Source: the human T2T-CHM13v2.0 reference genome, Homo sapiens. From it: DNA of 64,000 nucleotides. Shown in pieces: positions 23,855 through 37,515 of the stretch. The DNA lies in NCBI RefSeq assembly GCF_009914755.1, contig NC_060931.1. The stretch is one strand, 5' to 3'. The translations under genes and the position numbers were made by a program. Each line of letters opens with the position of its first letter. The stretch's first letter is position 1. Under the pieces are notes generated by a model. That model was given only the letters and a program-made list of their open reading frames with translations, had not been told where the DNA came from and searched no databases.

Positions 23855-24061
<207 letters not shown>

Positions 24062-24068
24062 CTAGTCA

Positions 24069-24418
<350 letters not shown>

Positions 24419-24526
24419 TTAGGTCCCTGCAGGTGCACAGCAGGGCTCAGGGTCCCATCGTTCAGCCAGAGGCCCGATCTCGCAGTGGACGGATGCAGAG
24501 CCCGGGACCCAGGCCTCCTCTCCCAC

Positions 24527-24662
24527 CTGTCTTCTCTTTTTGGTGGCAGCAGCTCCACTTGTCCCCACGGAAGACGCCAGGGTGGTAGGAGCCCAGCAGT
24601 CCGGTGTTGTTGATGCTCACCTTCCGCAGCGCAGACAGCCACTGGTTAAGCTCATTCACACA
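24527..24662 (-). CDS. RASA4DP: RASA4-copy exon G (CVNELNQWLSALRK...YHPGVFRGDKWSCCHQKEKT; PH end and Btk motif)
   Basis: CTGCAG|TGT acceptor, G|GTGGGA donor; 136 nt. Confidence 0.9.
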
Positions 24663-25125
24663 CTGCAGGGGACACGGAGGGGGAGGCCTGTTCAGACGTC
24701 ACCTCCTCCAGGAAGCCCTCCTAACCCGGAGCTCCTGTACCACGCCAGACGCCATGTTCCCCACCATACCAACCCAGCAGCTTTGAGTGAATTAGGAGAA
24801 GCTGCCCTTCCTCCAGTGGAACATGACCCATGCCCGGGCGCATGGCCTGGAGAGCAGGTGCAGTGGCTCACTCCTATAATCCCAGTGGCTCACTCCTATA
24901 ATGCCATCATGGCTGGCTAATTTCTTTTTTTTAGAGATGGGGTCTTGCTACATTGGCCAGGCTGTTCTCAAACTCCTGGCCTCCAGTGATCCTCCCACCT
25001 CAGCCTCCCAAAGTGCTGGGACTACAGCTGGGATTATAGGGGGCCGAGGTGGGAGGATCGCTTGAGCCCAGGAATTCAAGACCAGCCTGGGCAACACAGC
25101 AAGACTTCATCCTCTCCTCTCCCAC

Positions 25126-25318
25126 CTGTCTCGTCTTTTTGGTGGCAGCAGCTCCACTTGTCCCCACGGAAGGCACCGGGATGGTAGGAGCCCAGGAGGC
25201 TGGTGTGGGCTGGATTTCAGCCGCCGCTGGCCCCTTGGCCACGCTCGTAGGTATTCCAGAACCCGCCAAATATATTTGGTGGCCCTGATATCACTACTTT
25301 TCCCAGTGGCTCTGGACC
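25126..25318 (-). other. Candidate stop-containing cassette exon whose 3' half duplicates the Btk-motif part of exon G
   Basis: Acceptor TTCCCTTTTGTGTCAG|GGT, donor ACAG|GTGGGAGAGG identical to exon G donor; in-frame TGA at 25219-25217. Confidence 0.55.
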
Positions 25319-25371
25319 CTGACACAAAAGGGAACTCCTAGAGGGAAGGGCACAGAGGGACAGGTCTGTGA

Positions 25372-25803
<432 letters not shown>

Positions 25804-25869
25804 TAGTCCCTTCTGGTTCCCTTCAAGTCACTATCACAATTTGCTTTTTTTTTTTTTTTTTTTTTTTAA

Positions 25870-26250
<381 letters not shown>

Positions 26251-26770
26251 TAGGAGGTGCTCAGTAAGTATTTTTTAAATAAATGAATGAATGAGTTAAT
26301 GAAGGAACAGATGAGAAGGTTACTTGAGAACATGCACCCAGAGCCACACACAGCATAATGTTTGATTATTAGGCATTGATACAGACACAGAACCACACAG
26401 GTGCCAGCTCAGACTTTCTGTTTTAGAGAAAGGGTCTTGCTCTGTTGCCCTGGCTAGAATGCTGGGATTATCCGTGTGAACCAGCGTGCCTGGCCCCCAT
26501 CTCAGTTATCTGGAAATAGTTTCCAACAAACGGGTGCAACGTGCAAATTTCACATCACGGGGATGCACCTGTCTGTGCACTGGCCCACACACAGACCTAC
26601 ACATGGATGCCCAGGGAAAGACATGGGCCATGGCCTCCTGGGGGCTCAGGCCCCTGGACAACACACACACACCTGTCCCTGACACCTCCCAGATTAGACA
26701 CACCCTGCGGTGCCTGATGTAGCTGGTAGCGGGGCGAGAGGCTCAATCAACTCTTTTCTCATCCAGTCCA

Positions 26771-27012
26771 CTCAGGCCCCTCCCACAGCACCCAGGCCAC
26801 TCCCACAGAGCTCAGGCCACTCCCATAGCACCCAGGCCATTCCCATAGCATCCAGGGCACTCCCACAGCACCCAGGCCACTCCCATAGAGCTCAGGCCTC
26901 TCCCACAATACCCAGGCCACTCCCACAGGACTCATGCCACTCCCACAGTACCCAGGCCTCTCCCACAGCACCCAAGCCACTCCCACAGTGTTCAGGCCAC
27001 TCCCACAGCACC
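26771..27012. repeat. Minisatellite, 20-bp unit (TCCCACAGCACCCAGGCCAC), about 12 copies
   Basis: Clear 20-nt periodicity. Confidence 0.92.
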
Positions 27013-27029
27013 CGCTCCCCTCCCCACAC

Positions 27030-27167
27030 CTTGCACTGCAGGTAGGCAGTCTGGGGCCTGCCGGCGTCGTCCGTGTAGATGACCTGCATGACGTGCGAGC
27101 CGCCAAAGCTCTTTTCCTCAACCTTTTCCGCTGCCCGGATGTTGGCTAACTTGATGAGGGCGCTTTT
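27030..27167 (-). CDS. RASA4DP: RASA4-copy exon F (KSALIKLANIRAAEKVEEKSF...YLQCK)
   Basis: CCCCAG|AAA acceptor, AAG|GTGTGG donor; 138 nt. Confidence 0.9.
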
Positions 27168-27516
27168 CTGGGGCAGGCAGGGAGGAGGAGGCTCAGGGAC
27201 CTAGCCAGGGGCATTCCATTCCCCATCTCTGGGCCTCAGTCTCCCCTTCTGCAGCACCAGGGGTAGGCATGGGAGACCTAGAGTGACCTCAGCCAGGGCA
27301 GAGCACAGACTGATGGTGACCAAGTGCCCAGCAACTGGGAGAGGAGGACCTGGCCTCTCTGGGGGGCACTCCCAGAAGGCCTCGGAGGTGTGAGCTTTGG
27401 GGTAGTGTCGGGACAGCCAGCATTCCCTGGGCTACAAAGTCAATCTGGCCGTGGCCAAGGCTTTGTGACTTTGCATTTATTAATTTTCCAACTTGCTTTT
27501 GTAGTCCCAGGCTCTA

Positions 27517-27858
<342 letters not shown>

Positions 27859-28612
27859 TCAAATCTTTCAACCCGGGCAAGGAAGATGTATAATAATCAT
27901 CTGAGTGCTTTGGGAGGCTGCTGCAGGAGGATTGCCTGAGGCCAGGAGTTTGAGAACAGCCTGGGCAGCATAGCAAGACCCCATCTCCGCAAAAAAAAAA
28001 GTTAAAGAAAATTAGCTGGGCTTGGTGGCACGTGCCTGTAGTCCCAGCTACTCGGGAGGCTGAGGTAGGAAGATTGCTTGAGCCCAGGAGTTTGAGGCTG
28101 CGGTCAGCTATGATCGCACCACTGCACTACAGCCTGGGTGACAGAGCAAGACCCTGTCTCAAAAAATAATTATCATCATCTGAGGGGTCTTTGTTCGGAA
28201 GGGGCGGGCCCCTCATCTGGTGGGACCCCTGAGCTGGTTGAGAACAGGGTGGGTGATGAGCTCCTTCACCTACTCCTAGCCCGCTCTCACCTGCCCAGGG
28301 CTAGGCTGGGTACTCCTGGAAGATCATCCCCATAGCCTGCATGACTGGGGGCAGGTGTACAGCAAGCAGTCACCAGGTCCATGGAGGAAGTATGTCCTCA
28401 GCCCTTCCTGGGAGAAGAGAGCTTGCAGGAGAGGTGACCCATGACTCAGAGAGGGCTGTACAAGGTGATCTTTGAGATCCCTTCCCACGCCAAGATTCCG
28501 TGCTTCTATATTCCTGCCTCTTCCAGGAAGCCTCCCCTGTTTGCCCTAGCCTCCTACTCATCTAGCAGCCCAGGTGTTATACTATCTTTAATAATATCAT
28601 TTGCCTAAATAG

Positions 28613-29010
<398 letters not shown>

Positions 29011-29156
29011 TAGGTTCTGACAAGCAGTACAGATGCCACACACCTGGCTTTCTTCTCTGACCCCGGGGGTACCTCAAGTGGGCTCCAAGGAAGGGGACAG
29101 GTGCCCCACTTGCCGGCCTCTCAGAGCCCCACTTGCCGGCCTCCCTCCTTACCCAC

Positions 29157-29326
29157 CTTGGAGCTGGGCGTCTTCGCGAAGCTGAGGGCCTCGGTAGTGA
29201 GGGAGAAGTAGAGCTTCTTGAAGGAGGAGGACATGAGGGGGCCCTTGCCCTTGGTCCTGTGGATGAAGAGTGGCCCCTCCTTCACAGGTGGCGCCTGCAA
29301 ACTCAGCGTCCGCTGCAGGTCCAGCT
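29157..29326 (-). CDS. RASA4DP: RASA4-copy exon E (ELDLQRT...KEGPLFIHRTKGK...TPSSK; PH domain start)
   Basis: GGCAG|AG acceptor, AAG|GTGGGT donor; 170 nt. Confidence 0.9.
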
Positions 29327-29384
29327 CTGCCAGGCCAGGGAGGGAGGGGAATAGAGAGCCCAGTGAATGAGGGCGGGACTGGGG

Positions 29385-29835
29385 GGAGCGGAGCAGTGGG
29401 AGGGGCCATGGGGCTCAAGGGCTGAGCAAATCTGAACAGCAGGCAGTGGACGTAGTCATGGGGCTCAAGGGCGGAGCAAACATCAACAGCTGGTGGTGAG
29501 CGGGGTGACAGGTGGACTGAGGAAGGCAGGGCCATGGGCTTGGAGGCGGGACACGCGTCAGTAGCAGGTGGCGGCGGGGCTATGGAGCTCAAGGATGGAG
29601 CAAATGTCAACAGGCACAGATGATGGGGGGGTGAGGCCATGGGTCTAGGGGTGGGGCAAACGTCAACGGCAGGCAGTGGGCAGGGTCACAGGAAGCACAA
29701 ACAGTGGTGCGTGGGTCTATGGCCTGGGGGCCTGGCAAATGCCAACAGCAGGCGGTGGGTGGGGCCACGAGAGGAACAAACAGCGATGGGTGGGGCCGTG
29801 GGGCTCAAGGGCGGAGCAAACGTCAGCAGTAGGCT
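29385..29835. repeat. Degenerate ~55-60 bp tandem repeat (core GGCCATGGGGCTCAAGGGCGGAGCAAACGTCAACAGC)
   Basis: Core recurs at about 29403, 29457, 29530, 29580, 29635 and 29795. Confidence 0.7.
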
Positions 29836-29865
29836 GTGGGCGGGTCTGTGCAGGGCGGCGCTCAC

Positions 29866-30010
29866 CGTCCTTCTCCTCGATGTCCACGAGCTTGGTGATG
29901 AAGTCCTTCAGCTGCGCCACGCCCTGGCGCACGGTGGGCTGCAGCGGCTCCATCCAAGCCTCCTTGGCCCTGGAAGCCGGCGTGTCCATGTTGCCCACGT
30001 TCTGGACTGC
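29866..30010 (-). CDS. RASA4DP: RASA4-copy exon D (AVQNVGNMD...DIEEKD)
   Basis: TCCAG|GCA acceptor, G|GTGAGC donor; 145 nt. Confidence 0.9.
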
Positions 30011-30578
30011 CTGGAGGTGACAGCAGGAAGGACCAGGTTCTGCTAGGTTAGGGGCCTAGCCACTGCACCCCCTCCCACCCCCCCTCCCCAAGTCTTTGCT
30101 ACTCAGCTGTAGCGATGGAGGCAGAGGCGACAGAGGCCATGCCCACGGGCCCCCTCCAGCCCCACTAGGGATCAGGGAGGAGAGGATCATGAAGTTTGAT
30201 GCCTTATGATAACTGAGACCACTTGGGCCTTCCTCTGTAGGTTTAACTGACGCTGCTGCACTGGATACCCCACCCCGGTGCCGGGCACATAGGTGCAGCC
30301 TGAGAGTAAGCAGACCCGGGTTGGAAGGTCCCGCGATTCACCACCGACAGGATGGGCGGCCTTGGCAACCCCCGACCCCTCGCAGGCCTGTTCCCTTATC
30401 CATGAGATGGAGCTCGGACAAGGTGGCCACAGGAAGGCTTTGCAAACTGTGAAGTGCAGTGCCTACGTGGGCGTGCCAGTGGCCTCGCCGGAGCCGGTAG
30501 GGAACACTCTGCAGTCCAGGCCAGGGCCCCGGTAGGACACCCAGCTGTGCATCCCGCCCGTGGCCGCAAGGCCCGCAC

Positions 30579-30716
30579 CTTGGCCAACAGGAGCAGGGTG
30601 CGGCTGGTGCGGGCGTCCGCGTGGCGCTCCCGCAGGTGGAAGAGCTTGGGCGACATGATGGCGGGAGAGAAGAAGCGCAGGCACAGGAAGCTGGTGACGG
30701 CGATGAACGGTACATT
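30579..30716 (-). CDS. RASA4DP: RASA4-copy exon C ([26 protein letters not shown]...LLLAK; RasGAP signature)
   Basis: CCAG|AAT acceptor, AAG|GTGCGG donor; 138 nt. Confidence 0.9.
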
Positions 30717-30921
30717 CTGGAGGGGTGCGGAAGAGCGCGGGCTGGAGTCCCCCAGACCAGGGCTCCTGGCAGCCCCCTCCCCTTAGGCTCCGTCCCTGAC
30801 CCTCGCTGCGACACAGCCTCCCTGGTCCTCCCCAGCGCTCCCTGGTTCCCCACCGCTCTTCACCCCTCGCCCCAGCCCAGTCCAACCCGGCCCAGCCTAG
30901 CCCAGCGGGTGGAGGGCGCAC

Positions 30922-31114
30922 CTCGTGCTGGGCGCCGGGGAAGCGCTCGCGCACGCGCCGGAAGAGCTGGCGGAAGGTGGCGCGCACCACGGCGGGGCAC
31001 GCGCGAACCGAGCGGCTGAGCGCGCTCAGCAGGGCCCCCAGGTGGGCGCGCAGCGTCTGCGCGCTCTGCTCCAGCACCTCGGCCTCGGTCTGCGGGCGGT
31101 GCAGCCCGGAGCAC
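30922..31114 (-). CDS. RASA4DP: RASA4-copy exon B (CSGLHRPQTEAEVLEQ...FPGAQHE)
   Basis: ACGCAG|G acceptor, GAG|GTGCGC donor; 193 nt. Confidence 0.9.
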
Positions 31115-31318
31115 CTGCGTGGAACGGGGCGGGTTGGCAGAGGAGGTCGCGGTCAGCGCCAGGGCCACGACAGGAACAGTGGCTCTCACAGCAGCCAGGA
31201 CACGGACACAGGGGACAATACACGGGTGGGCAGAAGCACAAACACACATGCTGACAGGGCCTGATCCCAACCCGCTGCCGCTGCACCCCGCAACCCCCGG
31301 AGTTACCCCCGGCCTCAC

Positions 31319-31431
31319 CCTACATCCTTAACTTCCACTTTGCTGGGGTCCAGCTCCACGTACTTCTTCTCCTCAAACACCTTGTTGATGATGGGGCCCG
31401 GGACGCCGTGCAGGTACTGCATCCCGGCCAC
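31319..31431 (-). CDS. RASA4DP: RASA4-copy exon A (VAGMQYLHGVPGPIINKVFEEKKYVELDPSKVEVKDV-G)
   Basis: Acceptor CCCCAG|GTG (phase 0), donor GG|GTGAGG. Confidence 0.9.
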
Positions 31432-34400
31432 CTGGGGACCACCGCAGGTCACATTGATCCTGTCTCCCCCAGTCCCACTCCAGCTGCCCACCTTCTCCCG
31501 GCAGCCGCCCTTGCACCGTTTGCCTGCCGTATCCGCCCAGGAGGGGGCCAGGTACACATGCAGGGCAAACTGTTTATTCATGAATGAATGAATGAGTGAG
31601 TGAATGAATGACTAGAATTCTTAGCCCTTGTAATCCTAGCACTTTGGGAGGCCAAGGCAGGAGGATCACTTGAGGCCAGGAGTTTGAGACCAGCCTGGGC
31701 AACATAGTGAGACTGTCTCTAACTTAAATTTTAATCACACACACATTCTCTTTGGGGGGGGGGGGTGCGGGGCACGGAGTCTAGCACGGGGCCCAGGCTA
31801 GAGTGCAGTGGCGTGAGCTCACTACAACCTCTGGCTCCTGGTTCAAGTGAGTCTCCTGCCTCAGCCTCCCCAGTAGCTGGGATTACAGGTGCCCACCACC
31901 ATGCCAGGCTAATTTTTGTATTTTTAGTAGAGATGGGGTTTCGCCATGTTGGCCAGGCTGGTCTCGAACTCCTGACCTTAAGTGATCCGCCCGCCTCAGC
32001 CTCCCAAAGTGCTGCAATTACAGGCATGAGCCACTATGCCCAGCCACATTCTTAACCTTAAAGGGCTCTGAATATGGAGATAGAACACTGGAGTCGAAGT
32101 CCCAGCCCCCTCTGTCGCTCTCTCTGAAGCTCAGTGACTACTCCAGTATTAAATGATGCATGTATAAAGTTAGTCACTCTATCATTATCTGTAATAGCAG
32201 ATGATTGGAAATGACCTAAATGTCTCATAATAAGGAACTAGTTTTAAAAAGCATGTTCCATTCATGCCTTGAAATACTATACATTGAAAAAATAAAAATT
32301 GTATAAATATGTGAAAAAAACAGTGTGTATATTATACTACGACTTACTTCTTTGTGCATAGATGTTCTACAAGGCTATATAAAAGATTGTTAATTATGGT
32401 TGTCTCTTGGGAGGGGGAGTTTAGATTGTATAATGGGGTAGAAGGCTGACTTTTCGTTGTTTACTATTCTGCACCTTCTGGATTTTGTACTATGTATATA
32501 TTTTATATATTAAAATAGCTTTATATAAATAAAACTAGCCCCATGGCTGAATAAATTTTATTACAATTTTCTTATGATTCCCTGATACTCTGTTCCTTAA
32601 CTTCCTAGTCTGGCTTGCATCTCACTGCTTGACCATTGAGAACCTGATCTTGCTTGCCTAATGAAAACTTTAGTAATTGTCTTGTCTTAGCTAACTTTAC
32701 TGGGTTGACTCCTGCTAACTCATTTTACTGATTTACCTGTAAGTCTGGTTACCAGGTGGACAAATTCCCAATCCTACTCCCTTCTGTTTATTTGCCAAGG
32801 AATCTACCCAACAGACAACAGTACCCTCTCTCTACCTATATATTAATACATTTTTTGTTGAAAAAGGTATTTTATTTTAATCCTTAAGCTTCCATCTTTA
32901 GTCCCCAATGTATTAAAATAGTGATTGCATTACTAAAGAGACTGTTTTACAAGATGCACATTCACCTAAGAGCCACGAGCTTTCCAAAGCCAACCTTCTC
33001 TCAAAGGAGAAAATACTATTATTTCTCCTAGTACTTATTTTGAAGAGCAACATCCGTTCAGCGACTATTTAGAAAGCCAGTATCAAAGTTTAGATTATTA
33101 TTTTTAATATTTAATCAAGTTGCTACAACAGTAGTTAACAATCAATGAAAAATAAAGAGGTGATTAAAATGTATTAACTATGTAATTAAACACACATGCA
33201 CATACACATACAAACTAGGATCTCATTATGTCAGTAAAGAACTAGAAAAGGATAAAGGAGAAGAGAGGCAAATAAACCACACAAACAGAGGGACAGATGG
33301 GCCACTGAGGGTAGGGCCACTGCTGCGTTTTCCTCCCATTCCTAGCCTTGGGTTTGGCATATTGTAGATGCTCAGGAAAGATTTTTCAGAATGAGTTAAG
33401 GAAGATAATCTCACAGATTGTATGTGAGGAGGTAAAGGACCAATTTTTCTTTATCTTTCTTCTTCTCTGTCCCCTTTTCAACATCCTTCTGACTCCCTCT
33501 TACCACTAAGCACAGCTTGTTCAAATAGAGTTGTTCTGACAATACCCCAGATTCCTGGCCAAAATCAATCTCCATGTTTGTCATTTTAAAGATGCCAAGA
33601 GGAGGACATCCTAACACAGTGCCTTCTTTCCTCTTACCCTGACCTCTTCTGCAGTGTACCATTTAACTGAATTGAGGGGTATTAATCTACTTTGCAAAGT
33701 GGAATATGGCCTGTATTCTTATAATCTTAGCATCAATATTCAATCTTTGTAAATGGATTTAGTTATGTTGATATCTCAAATATTTAAGTGCATTACAAGG
33801 TCTTCTTCCATACTGGAAAAGTTTTTAAATTTCCACCCCACTGTCAGAGTAAAAACAATAATAACAAAAATATGGGAACAATAGAACCTATCTGTACTGT
33901 TCAATAAACTATCCGTCTCTTTGAAGATTCTTGACAGCCAAGGAAAATCTTGAAAAATTATTATTCTTGCAAGGGTGCCTAGATGTCTGAAGGAAAAGCG
34001 AAAACATGTCAATAATAGCAAGATTTGCAGGAAGGTTTATAAAAGAAAATTGGTCATTTTTTAAAGCACAGCCTATAAGTACAGCTGTTAGTGAGGGGTG
34101 ATAACTAAGGAGAGGATGGGGAAACATACTAGAAATATTTAAACAGAGTGTACATAGTTATCTTTGTTTTAATACACAGTCTACTTTAAAAGTCAAATTG
34201 TAAAACCTAAAATAGCAGTGTTTAAATGTGTGAATGTCAAGTGAAATGCGCGCTGAAGCAGGAAACGGAAGATTGGGTTCCAAATTCCACCCCGATGTGT
34301 AACCCAGGGCGAGTCTCAATCTTCCAGAATCTTTAAGATGGAAATAGCAATATCTCAAACCTCCTATTACAGAATCATTCTGAAAAGTAAGTTTACATAC

Positions 34401-34798
34401 TTGAAACTACTTCGTAAGCTCCTTGAGGGTGGGGTTCTTATCTTTTCCCCTTTATAACCAGTTACTTAAGGTATAAAAAAATAGAAAATATTTAATTCCT
34501 CGAAAAAAATTGAAATGTCATTAGGGATTATCTCAAGAAGCTCATTAGTAACTCTATAGAAGGTCCAACCTACAAAATAAATGAAGCTTTAGTAGCGTCA
34601 GCAAATCACCGATACTTTCAGTAATTAAAACTTTAGTTTAATTTTAGGCCAGGTGCAGGGGTTTACACCTGTAATCCCAGCATTTTGAGAGGCCGAGGTG
34701 GGTAGATCACTTGAGCCCGGGAGTTTGAGACCAGCCTGGACAACATGGTGAAACTCTATCTCTACATAAAATACAAAAATCAGCCAGGCCTGGTGTTA

Positions 34799-34921
<123 letters not shown>

Positions 34922-37068
34922 TTACATCAAAGAAATTTATTTAAAAAACCAACATTTATTTATCTGGTACCAGCCTTAAGAGAACAAAATATATAGAAAA
35001 TAAAGCATCTTTTGAATATGTGAATATCCTCATAAAAAAAGATAATTTTACAAGTATGAAATTAGGTAAACAATGGCAGCATCTTTTTTTAAATACACAG
35101 TGGTAGACCGTGTTGTTAAATATACATAGGTATCAAGTTGCAATTCTTTCAGAAAGCATTCTGATTACTATATCAACAACCTACCGTGTCTACTACACCT
35201 CTGGCCAGAGACTTCCCCCATAGGCTCAGATCCACATACTGGACATTCCCTTCAGACCTGTTGCTTCTTCTGAACTCTCATGTATGGTGCCATAATTTGG
35301 CTGATTTCCTAAATCAGAATGCCAAGCATCAATTTAGAATCTTTTCCTCACCCACTCCATCCACTCAGACACTAAGTCTATAGAATTTTATACTTCCTTA
35401 ACATCTCTCCTAAATGTATTCACTCCTTTTTTCCTCATTGCCAATGCCACTGTGCAGTCTCTCTTCACATCTTCATCACTGAAACGGCATTCTAACTGGT
35501 GAGATGGTAGGAATGGAAAACACAAATTCAAGAGATATTAACAAGAGAGAACCAACTGACAGAACCCAGGAGCAGAGTTCGGTTCCGGAGAAGGATAATG
35601 GATTTAGTTGTGAGTATGTTTAGTTTGAGGTACTTTGGGGTCATCTACATGAAGATATTCCAAGTATGTGCATACATGGGTATGGGCAAAGAAACCAGAT
35701 TCATAGTGGACCCTGTGTATATGGATGCAATATCCCCTTTCATGTCTTACTGCCTTAAAAGCCTTTCTAGACCGTCTCATCCCACAGCAGTCAAGCCTCC
35801 CTTTCCCTTCTGATAACACTGCTTGTATCCTCTGGGTCCAAAATCATATGCCTTTTGTTGACATTTAATATTTCAATCTTCTTGTTCACAAATAATGCTT
35901 CTAAAGAATAGGAACCTTTTTATGCTTTATGTCCATAAATTCTCATGGTATCTAGCATAATCCAGCACACAGGAGGTGCTCAAAACCAAGGAGGAGTTGA
36001 AGGGATGAATTTCAGTAGCTTTAGTAATAATAATTATAAACATCTAGCACAGTGCCTGGCACATAGTGAATGCTGTATCTTTTATCTTTTAAATAGATTA
36101 AGACTTAATGTCCAAAATTATTGTTCACAAGGTTCTTGACATCTTAATACTCACCAAATCTGACATGCAACTGAAACTTGGACACAAATGCTGCTATTAC
36201 ATATTTTGTAAGAAGTACAACCACTCATAGTTTTATATATAACCTGTTTTCGTGAAAAGGTCATATATTAACAAACTTAATCCATCTTCATCATTGCCCA
36301 TGATGATTGGTACACATCCACACTCTACTTTTAGTTTCATATTCTATTTTGATTCGTAGTTTTACTTCCTCGGTGTTTCCCTACAATGTTTGTTCTCCCT
36401 TTTATGCCTCCCAAATGCAATGCTCCTATGCCTCCTTTTTTCCACCCCTTGGCTAAGTCAGGTCAAAGACTTACTTAACAATGATTGGAACAATAATTAT
36501 TTTCAGGAAATAAAGAGAAGGGAGGAGATGCCTGGCTCTTGGTAAAAAGCAAAGAGCCAATTATTTCGCTTAGGCGAAATAATTTAATGTTTTGATTTTG
36601 GCTCACAGCATTAAGACAAAAATGATTTTACGGCCTCCAAGTCGTGGAAAAGTTCAGCATCTGACACACTGACCCTTGACAAGTGAGGCCACATTTATAA
36701 ATCAGTGCTGTTTTACATAAGCACATACAGATAGAAGTAGAAATCCTAACTAGGGAATACCGTGAAAGCTATCACTTGTATTAACCCTGGACATGTGACA
36801 GCATCTAACATAATACCCATTGGAGTGTATGCTGGTTCAACCTCTTTGGAAAACTGATTGAAGGTCTTTACTAAAGCTGAATATAAACCTAGACTATGAC
36901 AGATTAACCCCACTCCTGTGTATATACCCAAGATAAGTTCATTCTTAAGTACAAGGCATGCATAAGAATGATCACAGAACTTTATTCATTATCTTCAAAA
37001 CAGGAAATAATCCATTTTTATAAACAAAATAGAATGGATCAACAAATTATGGTATATTTACACAGTAG

Positions 37069-37515
37069 TGAGGTAGGAGGCAGAACTCGACTTTGGAGGT
37101 GGGGCTTGGACATCACACCAAATTGAGGACTAGCTAAAAGAGGTCTGAGGCAGAAGCACCTCCCCCATTAGACACCAGTGTGCCATGTTAGTTTACTGTT
37201 GCCATGGTAACATCAGGAAGTTACTGCCCCTTTCCATGGCATCAACCCGACAACCTGCAAGTTACCAACCTCATTCTAGAAATTTCTGCATAAACCAGTC
37301 CTTAATTTGCATCTAATTAAAAGTGGATATAAATTTGAGTGCAGAACTGCCTCTGAGCTCCTATTCCAGGTACACTGCCTATGGGGTATCCCTGCTCCAC
37401 AAGGATCAGAACCTCTGCTGCTGCAGTTCACTGCCACTTCAATAAAAGTTGCTGTTTAACATCACAACCCTCTCAAGGGCAAGCCTCAATTTGGGGGCTT
37501 GACTGTCCTGTATCA
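37069..37515 (+). mobile_element. ERV1 solo LTR (MER66-like) inside an old L1M fragment
   Basis: TG...CA ends, start tgaggtaggaggcagaactcgact...ccaaattgaggactagctaaaa, AATAAA at 37441. Confidence 0.7.

Larger units (their letters stand above)
30450..31530. promoter_or_regulatory. Intragenic CpG-rich island over RASA4-copy exons A-C
   Basis: High GC and CpG density (e.g. 30901-31120). Confidence 0.55.

Noticed and set aside
26771-27012. Regular repeat array as CRISPR-like
   Set aside because: Head-to-tail 20-mers without unique spacers in human DNA; it is a minisatellite
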